Below are positions 11,901 to 25,440 of a DNA stretch of 64,000 nucleotides, piece by piece. The translations under genes and the position numbers were made by a program. Where the stretch lies: assembly GCA_043228905.1 (NCBI GenBank), contig JBHGNT010000010.1, positions 15,004,001 through 15,068,000 of the forward strand, given 5' to 3'. The notes under the pieces are model-generated. The model had not been told where the DNA came from, did no database searches, and worked only from the letters and a program-made list of their open reading frames with translations. Numbering within the stretch: position 1 is the stretch's first letter; each line of letters begins with the position of its first letter. Source of the DNA: Azolla caroliniana (Eukaryota > Plantae > Polypodiophyta).

Positions 11901-14258
11901 AAGTGTTGGTCGATCTCAACATCGCCGATTTTCACCCGTATGTTCGGGCAGGCTCCATGTACTTCTTCCGTGCCGCGCGTCGCTGCCCGTATTTTCCAGC
12001 CGTGTTTGGTGTTGATCGGCCATTTCCCCCTTTTGTAGAAGTCCATGGACATCAAGTTGATTTCTGAACCGTGGTCCACCAACGCCACCACCGGCTCCTG
12101 GACATCCCCGATCTTAACAGGGTCTCCGTGGTCGCTCTGGCCCAGTGCGGCCTCGAATAGTGTCTTTCCGCCAAGTCGTCTTCTAGCGCCATGTCCTCTA
12201 TGTGCGTCGTTCGCACTTCCACCGGCTTCTCCGGCTCTGGCTCTGTCGACAGCCTCTTCCTCTTCACCAAGTCTACGATGGAGTCGTGGAACTCCTTCTT
12301 GGCGATCCCGAGCACTTCCCTCAGTGACAGCTCCACTTTGTTGTCGAGGATACGTTCCTCCAGGACCTTTCGCAGGTCCGTGGTCCTTTCGATTTCCATG
12401 CTCAACCGGTACCCGGCCTTCTTGGCTTTATCCGGCACGTCGGTCGCACCGGCCTCATTCTGCCTTTGACCGAACCGGCTCTCATACCGTTGCGAGGGCC
12501 AGGCCCCTCCGGTTTTACCTACTCGCTTCTCTTCCACCAGAGCCTCATAGTTTTGGTATGCGGCTTCAACGAATCCTGTCTTCTCTTCGACCGGGTCACT
12601 CCACTCGGTTACCTCCCGGACCCGTTTTTCCACGCGGTCCGCTTCTTCTTTCCTTAGTCGTGCGCCGGCGAGGCCTTCCAGCATCAGCGGCCAGAATCCG
12701 GCTTCGTTCGTCTTCCGGGCCTCACCACCTCCGACTCGGATCCCAGCCGACGCCGAGTAGTGGACAGTCTCCGCGTGGCGAGCCGCCGCTTCTTCCATCA
12801 GCCGTTTCATACCCCCGTTCCATCAGCCAGTCTCGGGTCTCTTCCCTTCGCGTTGGCGGGGTTGGCTCGGGTTTCCCTGCTGCTACAGAGCCCGCCCCTG
12901 TTGATCCTTTATCGACCCACTCTCGTCGTTTGTTGAAACGGCCACAGACTCTCTTCACCACAGCCCAGTCGGCCGTCAGCCCATCATCAATCTCCAACAG
13001 GAGACCCACTTGCTCCTAGTCCCTCGCATCCACTGACTTAACGAACAACAAGACGCGACTTGTGTCTAGTACGGTCCAGTCGAGCGCCGAAAGACGCGCA
13101 AAGCGTTCTTCAAACTCCCAGAGGAGCACCGATGCGTTTCTCCCCTTTTCGGGGGTCTCTACCCATTCCATGAAGTCCCGTTTCGAGAGTCGAAGCGCGT
13201 CATCAAGCCCGTATTTTTCGAGGAGCTGACCCTCAAACTCTTCCCAGGTCCGGCTCTCAGCCTGTACCTCGAGCACCTCCACATGGATGCCCGACATCGC
13301 CACCCGAGGGAATCCGGTCAGTCTCCTTTCTTCTGGAATGTCTCTCATTACCATCTCAGCCCAGTAGGCCTCCAAATAGCTCGTGGCGTCCTTCCAACCG
13401 AACCGGCCTATCGCACCGACGACCACTTCAATAGCCCTATCGAGGGCGCCTGGCCCTTCGCGCGCACTCACTATCCGATCCACAGCCGAAGCCATGGCTT
13501 CCACGAGATCCGACCCCCTCATCTTTCTATTCCTCTGCCGCCTGTTCACGTCGGGTTCACCAAATATGTCGCATTGTTATGCGTGTGCATGGAGAACAAG
13601 GCGGGACCACCGGGGTCTTGGACCGAGAAATAGCTGAGGAGGAGGAGAACAGAAGGGCAACCCACGCACTCGCACACGCACAGACACGGGAGCACACAGG
13701 AATCACAGTTCAACAACACAGCAAAACGAGACGACTAGGAGTCCGAGTATATGAACACGTATGTATATAAATATATATATATATATCAAGACGGTTACAA
13801 CTAACTGGCCGGCAAGGCGAACACCGACGCCTATTCACTCACACACAGAAGAGCGAGATGGAGACTCTGCCGGAAGCACACGGGCATTCCACGGAGCAGA
13901 GTCAGCCTCCCGAAACCCTGCGCAAAATGGCTATGGAGAGTGGTAGAGGAGAAGGGCTCGGTCCCAGTCCGGCAGCACTTCGTCTCTCTAACACGCGATC
14001 CCTTTTTCATTCTTCTCCCTCTCTTTTATAAACCAAGGAGGGAGGTCGTTATCATCCGTTACATCATATTAATTCTCTGTCCTTTCGGACAGAGATACAC
14101 CTCGATTCTCTCCCTATTGAATGCGTGCTACCTAGGATTTCACCTCAACTGACTTGTACCTACCTACTTACTATACAACGAAAGGTGCGCTCACGTGTAA
14201 GGGCCGGTTTACACACGCTAAACTCAATTTCCGCCTAGGGACGGTTTTCTTCACGACA
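8973..14258 (-). mobile_element. Ty3/gypsy element B (same Trp lineage): 5' LTR 14258-13567, PBS, decayed gag-PR-RT-RH-partial INT; inserted into the 3' LTR of copia C
   Basis: ORFs 13549-13016, 12810-12052, 11313-10417, 9975-9538 and 9114-8973 are close homologues of A; LTR TGTCGTGAAG...GCGACA. Confidence 0.93.
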
Positions 14259-14284
14259 ACGGACTGACACAAGTACTGACACGT

Positions 14285-17200
14285 TGTCGTGAAGATTTCC
14301 GGCTATTGTGTGAAACCGGGGTGGAATGGGCAAGTCGGTGGTGTGCAACATGTGCACATGTATAGTAGCAAACGGTGTATAGAATAAGGGGGAGTATTTA
14401 TCCCACATTGTAATGCCCTCCCCTCCTTGATCTATAAAAGGAGGGAGGGGTCTCTTGTGAAAGGGTTACCCATTTTGAATTAGGAGGGTATACTGTTAGA
14501 TTTAGGGTAGTTCTTGGTCTTCGTCTTTCTCTTATTCCCTTAGGGTTTGTACCTTGGTCTTATCACCCTATTTCGTTTAGGGTTTCACTTGAGTCGTCTT
14601 CTTCATTGTCTCGGGGTTTTGGGTTCATTCTTTTCGAGTGGAGGTTAGTATTCCGTTTAGGTTTCTCTTCTTGTGAGAGTTCATGCAAGTTTGGGGTCTT
14701 CGGGTGTTACTCTCTCTTCTTCGTGTGAGAGTTTGGACTGGTTCGGGGTTTCAACAACGATGGCTTTTGGCATTCCGGTGGTGGCACTTGAAGGTTCGGT
14801 TTCCTCTCCTCGATGGAGAGTGTTTCGCATGGCGGCCGGTTCGAGAAGGCAGGGCGAAGTGGCACGAGAACACTCCATTGTCTTCGGGGTGTAACCAACG
14901 ATGGACATCGCGGTCCCGGCGGCCCACTTGACTCACCTTCGTCGGTCCCCCATTCTTATCTTTTTTGTAATAGCCACCAGATTCGGGCATGTAACCGTCT
15001 TGTTGTAAAAATCTTGTAATATATATTCATGTTAGTGTATATCTATCTTCCTTGTAACATATTTGAGTCGGGTCCATGTTCGCGGTGAACCGTCTTTTTG
15101 TGAGACCCTACATTCGTTGGAGCCGAAAGCCGATTCTGGACCGAAACCTACAAAGCTTAAGGACTCCACCATCCATCTCCCTAGTCCAAGACCCCTGCGG
15201 TCCCGCCTAAGATCCTACACGTACCCACAGAATACCCCGACATATTTGGTGAACCCGACGTGAAAGGCGGCAAGGGAGGATGGACTTGGAGGCCGAAGAC
15301 TTCGAGAAGGAGAGTCGAGAAGCGGCGCATCGAGATGGGCGAGGTCGAAGGAGTCAACCGTTACAACGGGGACGGAGTCCCGCAAGTTCCGCCGAAGGCT
15401 CGACCATCCGGCATGAAGAGGAGCTCCGAGCAACTCACCGAGCGTGACCACCCAGTCAAGAGACGGAGGTGACGTGCGACGGCACGTCATCATAGCACGA
15501 AGGGGGCGCGCAGACAAGACGGACGTGGTCGAGACGGAGGCTGATCAAGGTACGATGGTACCAGGAGGAAGAGGGTGCAGGACGAGCCGCCCTCTTTTAC
15601 ATGTGGAGAAAGATCGACCGGGCGAAGTTCGGGAATCGGGGAGAAGATGATCGAGGGTACAGAACGAGTCCGGCAGGATCGGCATTGGAGCCAAAACTTC
15701 GACCATTGGAGAATCAAGCCCAGGCGGGGCTTGATCAATCATAAAGATGCTTTCCACCGACACCACTAAAAGGGTCGGTGGCCCTAGGATGAGTCGTCGG
15801 GAGTCGTTACGAAATCGGTGTCCCCACATCTTGACCGGAGACTTCGGCAGTTCGGCCGGCGTGGCAACGTGAGACCGAAAGAGATGGAAGATGGAGGCGG
15901 GAGCACAGCAAGGAGAGCGATGACGAGTTAGGGAGAAGTACAAGGGATGAAGCGAAGAACAAAGACCGGTCCTATGGGTCACCTCACATCGGATCTAGAG
16001 ACTTCGGTGGTCGACATCGGATCCGACGTAAGACCAAGATATTGATGGTGGCCCAAGGAGGATCCGATATACGACAAGCCCAAGGAGGATCCTTCACACC
16101 GGTTCTAGAGACTACAGCGGTCAGCCCGAGAGCCAGCGTGAGACCTAGAGTGACGAATGGTGGCGGCGAGGGGACGAAGGCAAAGGATTGTGGATGGGCG
16201 GTCTACGGAGATCCTCACACCGATTCAGCGGATGGCCCGAATGACGGCGTGAGTACCATAGAGAGAACGGTGGTGGCAGGTGAACGTGACCAGCAGAAGA
16301 GGCCGACACGAAGGTCGGGACTACGACGAGAGGAAAACGGCAAGCGGAGCTGCCGCGACCTTACACACACCGGTTCTAGACACTCCGGCAACCGGAAACA
16401 AGAGCCGGCGTGAGACCTAGAGAGAAGAACGGTGGCAGCAGCAAGGCGGGTAACCGAAGACGACAAGGGGGAGGTCCCACGAAGACACTCACACCGATCC
16501 GGAGACTCCGGCAGCCGGCGACGAGAGTCGGCGTGAGACCTATAGAGAAGGACGGTGGCAGCACGAGAAGTTAATCGGACGACGGAAAGCAGAGCGAAAA
16601 GAGGTATGAGGCCGGCGAAGCGGCCACGAACTGGATACGGACCCGTCCGGGAGAGTCGGCAAAGACAAAGATCGGACGCGCTTGGTACACGAGTCGGTGA
16701 CCCAACAAGACGGAGGCCCGAGAAGGATCCTTCACACCTGCCCGGAGACCCCGGTTGTTCGGCCGACGTGGCAACATGAGACCGAGGGTAATGGAAGGTG
16801 GCGGCAAGGGGACGAAGGCGGCAACAACGGAGGCACCGACCAGCCAAGGCGTTACGTGAACGAAGGAGGCCATGCGGGCCGGGACGCGGCAAGGGTGATC
16901 TTCCGGTAAGCTGTCGAGAACACCTGGTTAAGGAGCGGTGTGTCGAGCCGGAAAGGGCACACCCAAAAGCGGAACAAGAGACGTGCGAGTGGCCATCCAG
17001 GGCCAAAGGAAGCACGAGTACAGGACGGCATTCGACACAGGTGGTGCCAAACAAGGAAGGCGGAAGACACCACACAACCCGACAACCATAGAAGGAACAA
17101 GGAGCGTGTATTGGGGTCACCTAAGGACCGAAGAATGAACGTGCATTCGGGGAACGATAATGGCACACGGGAAGAGCCTACAAAAGGCGAGCACGGAGCA

Positions 17201-18503
17201 GAGAGAGTCGGCACGTGGAGGTGTTCGGGACGCGGAGACGATCGAACCAAGGGAGGGACATTCGCGGCATGCAAGACACGGAATCTGGCGTACAACCGAA
17301 ATTACCGGGGATGTGATCGGAGAACATAAGCGGCAGATAAAGGAGGGTGACCAGATCGACAACGATGTTCGGGAGGACCGATCAGGGAGGAAGGCGCGAA
17401 CGCCGGATATGGGCTTGCCAGTAAGGAGCCGGCGAGACGATCAGGTGCCGGTAAGGCGAAGGACCCAGTTAATCACCTTCACCAAAATCTCTCACCCTTT
17501 TCCTTTCTTGGCACATACCGGTGGATGTGCGATTTGGTGGGGGTGGATGTCATGAAGATTTCCAGCTATAGTGTGAAACTGGGGTGGAATGGGCAAGTTG
17601 GTGGTGTGCAACTTGTGCACATGTATAGAAGGAAACGGTGTATAGAATAAGGGGGAGTATTTATCCCACATTGTAATGCCCTCCCCTCCTTGGTCTATAA
17701 AAGGAGGGAGGGGTCTCTTGCGAAAGGGTTGCCCATTTTGAATTAGGAGGGTATACTGTTAGATTTAGGGTAGTTCGTGGTCTTCGTATTTCTCTTATTC
17801 CCTTAGGGTTTGTACTTTGGTCTTTTCACCCTATTTCGTTTAAGGTTTCATTTGAGTCTTCTTCTTCATTGTCTCGGGGGTTCATTCTTTTTGAGTATTC
17901 CGTTTAGGTTTCTCTTCTTGTGAGAGTTCGTGCGAGCTAGGGTTTATGCATTTGGGGACTTCGGGTATTACTCTCTCTTCTTCGTGTGAGAGTTTGGACT
18001 GGTTCGGGGTTTCAACAACGATGGCTTTTGGCATTCCGGTGGCGGCACTTGAAGGTTCGGTTTCCTCTCCTCGATGGAGAGTGTTTCAAATGGCGGCTGG
18101 TTCGAGACGGCAGGGCGAAGTGGCACGGGAACACTCCATCGTCTTCCGGGCGTGACTAATGATGGACGTCGCGGTCCCGGCGGCCCACTTGACTCACCTT
18201 CGTCGGTCCCCCATTCTTATCTTGTTTGTAATAGCCACCAAATTCGAGCATGTAACCATCTTGTTGTAAAACTCTTGTAATATATATTCATGTTAGTGTA
18301 TATCTATCTTCCTTGTAACATATTTGAGTCGGGTCCATGTTCGCGGTGAACCGTCTTTTTGAAAGACCCTACATTCGTTGGAGTCGGAAGCCGATTCCGG
18401 ACCGAAGCCTACAAAGATTTAGAACTCCACCATCCGTCTCCCTAGTCCAAGACCCTCACAGTCCCGCCTAAGATCCTACATGTACCCGCAAAATACCGTG
18501 ACA
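14285..18503 (+). mobile_element. Non-autonomous Trp-primed LTR element D (LARD/TRIM-like) with two ~955-bp LTRs and a 2.3-kb internal region lacking pol
   Basis: LTRs 14285-15242 and 17548-18503; PBS-Trp 15247; PPT 17531-17547; TSD ACGT/ATGT; no RT or INT motifs inside. Confidence 0.9.
15822..16810 (+). repeat. About seven degenerate repeats CTCACACCG...GAGACTYCGG...CGGCGTGAGACC
   Basis: Units near 15822, 15983, 16093, 16214, 16365, 16488 and 16731. Confidence 0.75.
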
Positions 18504-20127
18504 ATGTACTTTAATGCTCATAAATGAACTCTACACTAACTCCCAAAATATATTCCTACGTGGAATATCTTTCCAATGGCCTCGCGGTTTACACACCGCT
18601 ACGGCTTCTTGTTGCGCACCGGTTTACGCACCCGGTTTACACACCGGTCCGGCCTAACCGATCGGTCCGAACCGATCCGATTCTTGGCTTGCACAGCCGA
18701 TCTAGCCAATGTTGAGCTTGTATCTCAACACTCCCCCTCAAGCTCAACTTGAGGCTCTTCTGGTTCTTCCGGATCACCGCTCCGGTTTCTTCTAGCTTCA
18801 CGCCTCGCTCGCGCTCCTTGAGCTATTCGATTTTGCGCATCAACCCTTCCGATCGGCTTGTGTGCTCGTGCGGCCCTTCTCAACTCCCTTGTTGTCACGG
18901 TGTTGGCGCCTCTTCGGCTGCCCTTTCTTACACTTGGCCCTCCTTTGATTCGGCGTCTCCGAATCAAACATCCTAACCGAATCGGCTTCCTCCGATCAGT
19001 TTTTGCTCTCATCTGAGTTGGCTTCATCTCCCCCACACTTGGCGGATCCGCCCTCAGCTTCTTTAGCCGACCCGAAATCGAATTCTTCATCCGACTCGGC
19101 GTCATGGTCTCTTCCGCTCTTTTCCTGCTCCCTTCCGTGGTCTTCCGGGACTTCTCTCCCCCTCAAGTTCGGCACATCGAGGTGTCGCACCCCAAGCGCA
19201 CCCGAGAATTTCCGCAACTTGTCCAGACCAAGGGGAAAATGTCAGCGGTCTGCCGATCCGTCAGAACATACTGAAGTTCAATTTCACCGAAGAGGACACG
19301 CTCACGGACAAAGTGGTAGTGCACCTCAATGTGCTTAGTCCGGGCGTGGAAGACAGGGTTCTTCGCTAACTCGATGCTACTCAGGTTGTTGCAGTAGATC
19401 GTCATCAGATCAGACACCTTCACCCGTAAATCCTTAAGTAGTCGTTTTAGCCAGATGGCTTCGCATGTTGCGACAACCGCTGCTTTATACTCGGCTTCGG
19501 TGCTCGACAATGCAACTGTCGGCTGCTTCTTGCTACTCCATGCAATCGCAGCGCTCCCAAGAGAGAATGGGAATCTGGATGTGGATCGGCGATCGCCGGC
19601 GTTTCCGAATATAGTAGCCCCCGATCCTTAGTGCCACTGACGTACTGAAGTACGCGTTGGGCGCACTGAAGGTGCTCCTCGATTGGCCACGCCATGAACT
19701 GACTAATCACACCGACCCGGTAATTGAGGTTTGGTCAAGTGATAGTCAAGTAGATGAGGCTTCCTACAATCTGTCGGAACCTCTTTGGGTCGCAAACCTT
19801 TCCGGAGTCGGGGCGAAGCTTGACGGTCCTATCCAGAGGAGTCGAGACGTACTTACAATCTACCATCCCAAACTTGAAGAGCATACCCAGCACGTAATGT
19901 CGTTGGCTTATCAGTATGCCTTCGGGTGTATGGATCACTTCGATCCCGAGGAAGTAATGAAGGTCCCCTAGGTCCTTCATGTCAAATGATGCTACGAGTT
20001 GCAGCTTTACGCGGTCAATTTCAGCTAGGTTGGCGTCGGTGATGACCAAGTCATCAACATAAAGTAAAATACTAACCGGCCCGAGTCGACCTTGCCAAAT
20101 GAATAGTGAAGAGACCGATTTGGACGT

Positions 20128-20928
20128 TGTCATGAAGAATTTCGGCCAGAGGCGGAAACCGGGAAATATTGGCTACATCGGCAGAGTGCACCATGTGCAC
20201 TCACCCTCGTATAATTGTGTGAATAATAGGAGTTAAGTCGGGATGAAGAATCCCATGTAAATCGGTATTTATCCCACATTTTAACGCATCCCTCTCCTTG
20301 TTCTATAAAAGGAAGGGATGGTCCCTTGTAGAAGGGTTGCCCATTTTGTATTACCAGGGTATACCGTTAGACGAAGAGACGTTCTCTCTTTCTCTCTCTC
20401 TCTTTCTTTCCTTTCTTTCTCTTCTCTGGTTTTAGGGTCTCTTCTTGCTCTCCTCTGCTTCTTCTTCGTCCTTCCGTGCGTCGAGCCTTGGCATCTAGCG
20501 TTTCGGTTTTCTGCCATGTACTCTGTGCAAGACCCCGCTCGACACGACAAGCCCGAGAGCTCCCCGACCGGCGGCTTGGTAGTAGACAACAGTTGCATCC
20601 GATGCGACCTAGGTCCAACTCAAGACGGTGTTGAATCTCGTTGTCTTGTAAATATATATACATTTGGTTGTGCATATTCGAGTCTCTGTTGGTGTGTGTG
20701 TGTGTGTCTGTGTTTCTTTCTCGTTTCTGTACATAATGCGTGAGTTGGGTCGGCGTGGTGTGTGTGTGTGGGTGTGAGTCGGTGCCAAGCGCGCGCTCTC
20801 TCTCTTTCTCTCTCCCGTTCGGTTGGTTCCGGAATGCGTCCGGAATCGTCTTCTCAGCTTCCCTTCTTCCCTAGTCCGAGACCCCCGTGGTCCCGCCCTT
20901 CTACACGCACGTGCGTAATAACGCGACA
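20128..20928 (+). repeat. Solo LTR of the Trp-gypsy lineage, inside the RT of copia C
   Basis: TGTCATGAAG...CGCGACA with ACGT on both sides; copia RT reading resumes across it. Confidence 0.92.
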
Positions 20929-23900
20929 ACGTTGCAATCCCATCTGACACAATCGTTGCGTGATTTCCGCGTTCCAAGCACGTGGGGCTTGCTTTACTCC
21001 ATAAAGGGACTTCTTCAACCGGCAGACCGCCGAAGTGTTCATTCCGGAGTGAAATCTGGGGGGATGTACCATGTACACCTATTCCTCAAGCTCACCTTGC
21101 AGGAACGCATTCTTGACATCCATCTGATGTAAATGCCACCCCTTCGCCACGGCTATGGCTCGCAAAACATGCACGGTAGTCATCTTCGCGACAGGCGCGA
21201 AGGTCTCGTCGTAGTCCACGTTGTGCTTCTGCGCGTAGCCTTTCGCTACTAACCAGGCCTTGTATCGGTTGACCGAGCCGTCGGTCTTGTACTTGACGTT
21301 GTACACCCACCTATATCCAATCGGCTTCACACCCTTCGGTGCGTCAACCAGGTCCCAAGTTTCATTCTCCGCCAATGAGCGCATCTCTTCCTCCATTGCG
21401 GCACGCCAATTTGCGTCCTTCGCCGCTTCTGCGTAGCACTCCGGCTTACGCACTTCCACTACACGCGTCATGTACGCATAGTGATGCGCCATGTACTCGT
21501 TGTATCTGAACATCACAATAGGGTTCTTCTGGCGGGTAGATCGGCGTAGCTATTCATTAGCCGATCTTGAGGCTTTCTTGGCTGACGCGGACTTCGCTCT
21601 CGAAGGCCTGTCATCGCTCTTCTCGGAGTTGGATTCGCGTCGATCCGACTCGCCCTTATCCGTACCGTACTCCAACGTCTTCTTCTTCCCTTTTTCCTTG
21701 CGCGTAAACCGTCTCCTCGGCTTCCTACGCAGGGGCAGGGAATGAACGGTCGAGTATTCACTACTCGCCGGCTCTTCTTCGGACTGGTCAAACCAACTTA
21801 GTCGCTCGTTTGGTCCACTTAGCCGAAATGAAATCGGACTCTCATCGAGGGTCCTGAATTTGCGGTCATCCGGAGGCATTTCAGCCTCGCTGACCTCATC
21901 GTCAAAACATGGGTCCGGAGATCCGGAGTTGGATTTGAGGTCCAGAGTCGGAGGCAAGTACCAGGACGCGGACTCGTCAAACACAACATCACGGCTCACG
22001 CGAGCTTGTTTGGTTCAGGGGTTATAACACTTATAACCCTTCTGTTCGTCTGAATAGTCAACCAAGATACACGTCTCGGCTTTCGCGTCTAACTTCCTCC
22101 GTTTCTCCTTCGGCACATGCACATAGGCAATGCTACCGAAAACCCTCAAGTGTCGTAGATTCTGCTTTCTTCCGAAGTACAGTTCATGCGCTGACACTTT
22201 GTCTGCGATCCGATTTTGGATGTAGACCGCGGTTCATACCACTTCGGCCCAATAGAACTTGGGCAAGCTCTTTTCTTCCAGCATTGCCCGCGCCGCTTCC
22301 ACAACCGACCGATTTTTCCTTTCGGCTATGCCGTTTTGCTCCGGCGTATACCTGCAACTGAATTCACGCCGAATTCCCATTTGTTGCAGATAACTGTTGA
22401 ATTGGCCGGAAAAGTACTCTTTTCCGCCATCCGACCGCAGGCACTTGATCTTTCTCCCTGTTTCCCTTTCTACGAAGCTTTTGAGGTTCCGGAAACATTC
22501 GAAGACTTCACTCTTCTTTTCAATGAGATAGATCCACGTGTGTCGTGTGTAGTCGTTGATGAAGGAGACAAAATATCGACTCAAGCCAAGACTAATGTTC
22601 TGTGTCGAACCCCATACATCCGAATGTATCAAATCGAGCTTGTTCCAGCTCTGGTTACGCTCGTTGGGGAAAGGAAGTCGGTGTTGCTTCCCTAGCTGAC
22701 AGCCTTCACAAATTTGGGCCTTCCGGCCACTGAATTTGGGCAATCCAAACACAACTTGTTTCTATTGCAAGTCCTGAAGCCTTTGATAGTTGACGTGGCC
22801 TATCCACTTGTGCCACAAGTCAATATCTGACTCGACTTTTTGTCCTTTTGCGAACATTGCGGTGACAACGTCATTGGTGTCGAGGATAAACATCCTCCCG
22901 TCTCTGCACCCTTGCGCAATGACTTGGCCTTCCTCCTCGATGAAGCACCCAAGATGCGTGAACCGGACTTGCATCCCCTGGTCGACGATCTGCCCGACCG
23001 ACACCAAATTCTTCGTGATTGTCGGTAAGTGTAGCAGGTTCATGTGTTTCCCTTTTTGCCCGACATGGCTAAGGGGAACTTCACCGACATTCTCGATCGG
23101 ATGCGGAGTGTCGTCTCCTGTTGCGACTACTCCCGGTTGCATCGATTTCTCAAGGTATGAGAACCACTCCTTATGGCTCGTCATGTGGTTTGACGCGCCG
23201 GAGTCAACGTACCACACCTCGTCCAATTTCAGGGTGGTCTTCTTCATCAAGTTCGATTCGTGTCTTGTCTTTTTCGGATCCTTCAGCGTAGTGCGATCGC
23301 TGCCAATTTCCTTTATCGATTTGTCCGTATCCGGATTCGGTTTTCTCCGAATCAGCGCGCTTCTTCTAGCACTCGCTCTCGTTGTGGCCTTTCTTACCAC
23401 AATACCAGCATTCCGCGACGGATTTCCCTTGCCGGTTCTCGTCACCTAGACTCCCCCTGTTTCCGGAGGGTCCGGAATTGTTGTCGGCATCACTACGATG
23501 CCTTCTTCCTTGATCTCGTCGGTTGCCTCCATTGCGCACTGACTCGCCTCGTCTACCACAACCACAGGGCCTATCTCCCTCCGTGTATAGCATCTTGCTA
23601 TCGGCGTGCGTACTCTTCGACACACCCGCGTGGTTCTCCTCTATAAGGAGCATTGACTGTAGGTCAAAAAACGACGGCGTATTCTCCTGTGTGCACACAG
23701 CATTTCGGAACGCTCCGAACTTCAACGCCAGTCCCCCGAGACTAATCTGCACCATCTCGCCTTCCTCGACGTTCACATCGATGGAGGCTAAGGAGTCGCA
23801 TATATCTTTGATCTTCGAGGTGTAATCAGCCACCGACAAATCGCGTTGTCGCAAGTTGCTCAACTCCTGTCCGAGTTGGAGCTTTCTGGCTGTGGTGCTT

Positions 23901-24727
23901 GCGGTGAAAATCTTTTTCAGATTTCCCCAAGTATCCTTTGGCGTTTTCGCATCCCGAATATAGCTCAAAGGTTGTTCGCCCACACAAGACTCGAAGCAGT
24001 AGAGAACTCTGCTCGCCGACTGTTCGGAAGCCGAGAAGTCTTTGTGTGTCGAATCGGGTGCTGTGTCATTTGCTCCGTCAACATAGCTCCAATATCCATG
24101 CCCGAGCAGGTACTAGTGCATCTTGTACGACCAAGATGTGTAGTTGTTTTTGTTGAGCCATGCCTCTATCCATTTTGTTTTTCCTATTCTTTACAAAGGT
24201 TAGGTTTTCTTCTCGAGTTAAGGTCGGTTGCAGAGGTTCTCAACCCTCGTGCTCTGATACCATGTGAAAAGAACAACGTGCGGAAGCAACAGAGAGCAGA
24301 ACGTAAGAAAACACAAGTTTGATGGAGAGCTTGAACACACACAGTATGCCGGAGAGAGAGAGAGGGGGGGAGAGAGAGAGAGAGTCAATACGCACAACTC
24401 TATTTCAAAAAATAATACTCAATCTGTACATAGAATGTGCTCAGTGAGCACTTTTATACAAGTCCATATGTATTGACAGAAGTACTGACACGTACTTCAA
24501 TGCTCATAAATGAGCTCTACACTAACTCCCAAAATATATTCCTACGTGGAATATCTTTCCAACGGCCTCGCGGTTTACTCACCGCCACAGCTTCTTGTTG
24601 CACACCGGTTTGCGCATTGGTTTACGCACCCAGTTTACGCACCAATCCGGCCTAACCAATCGGTCCCAACTGATCCGGTTCTCGGCTTGCACATCCAATC
24701 TGGCCAATGTGAGCATGTATCTCAACA

Positions 24728-25440
24728 GCCTTCGGTTGTCTTAGCGAGACTGCCCGACATCCGGTTCCGAGGGGGGCATTATGAAGTCGATACCATATGC
24801 ACCGGTAATTGGCTCCTTGATGTGCGCGATGGTCGCGATACAGCCTAACATTGCTCATGTCGTAGGAGTCGTCCGCATATTCATGCACAACCCTGGTCGA
24901 TCGCACTGGAATGCTATAAAGCATGTGTTCAGATATCTCGTGGGCACAAAAGACCTTGGATTCTATTCATCCCGAATGACACCTTATGCGTAGTCGGCTA
25001 TACTAACTTGGACTTTGCCGGCTGCATGGACAATCAAAAATCAACAACCGGATACTGCTTTAAGTTCGGCAATGGAGCAATCTCGTGAAAATCTAAACTC
25101 CATGAGTGCACTGCCACATCAACAACCGAGGCCGAATACGTAGTTGTGTCCGATGCGGCGAAAGAGGCCTTATGGCTCAGTCGGTTGGCTTGCACGTTTT
25201 GACAAGTTGAATCCGACTCGGCTCCAGTTGTCTATAGTGACAATCAAAAAATAGAGTTCATCACAACGCCTCGAAGCACATCGACGTTCAATATCACTTT
25301 GTTCGGGACTGTGTCATTTCAGGGAAAATCGGCCGCGAGAAGATACCTACAGCCGATAATGTCGCAGATGGGATGACCAAGTGTCTTTCGGCGGATCGAT
25401 TTCGATTCCTTCGGCAGCAAATGGGTGTAACAAAGAATCA
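24728..25440 (+). pseudogene. Old copia RT C-terminus/RNase H fragment
   Basis: IPYAPVIGSLM...HWNAIKHVFRYL...TTEAEY...KHIDVQYHFVRD...ADNVADGMTK, with stops and frameshifts. Confidence 0.85.

Larger units (their letters stand above)
14259..24727 (-). mobile_element. Ty1/copia element C, decayed; hosts element D (14285-18503) and a solo LTR (20128-20928)
   Basis: 5' LTR 24727-24263; PBS-iMet; gag CWYCGKKGHNESEC; PR WYVDSGASNHM; INT HSDVWG/LRSDGG; RT YVDD; RH SSTEAEY; PPT 18741-18731; 3' LTR pieces 18730-18504 and 14284-14259. Confidence 0.92.

Noticed and set aside
2968-13019. Many long antisense or overlapping ORFs over gag/pol (also 16215-17120 and 40690-41602)
   Set aside because: They are shadow ORFs of GC-rich retroelement sequence with no independent motifs
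15822-16810. CRISPR-like array or hammerhead retrozyme
   Set aside because: Repeats are degenerate with irregular spacing, the context is eukaryotic with no cas genes, and I saw no CTGANGA/GAAA hammerhead core; an Infernal scan would settle it
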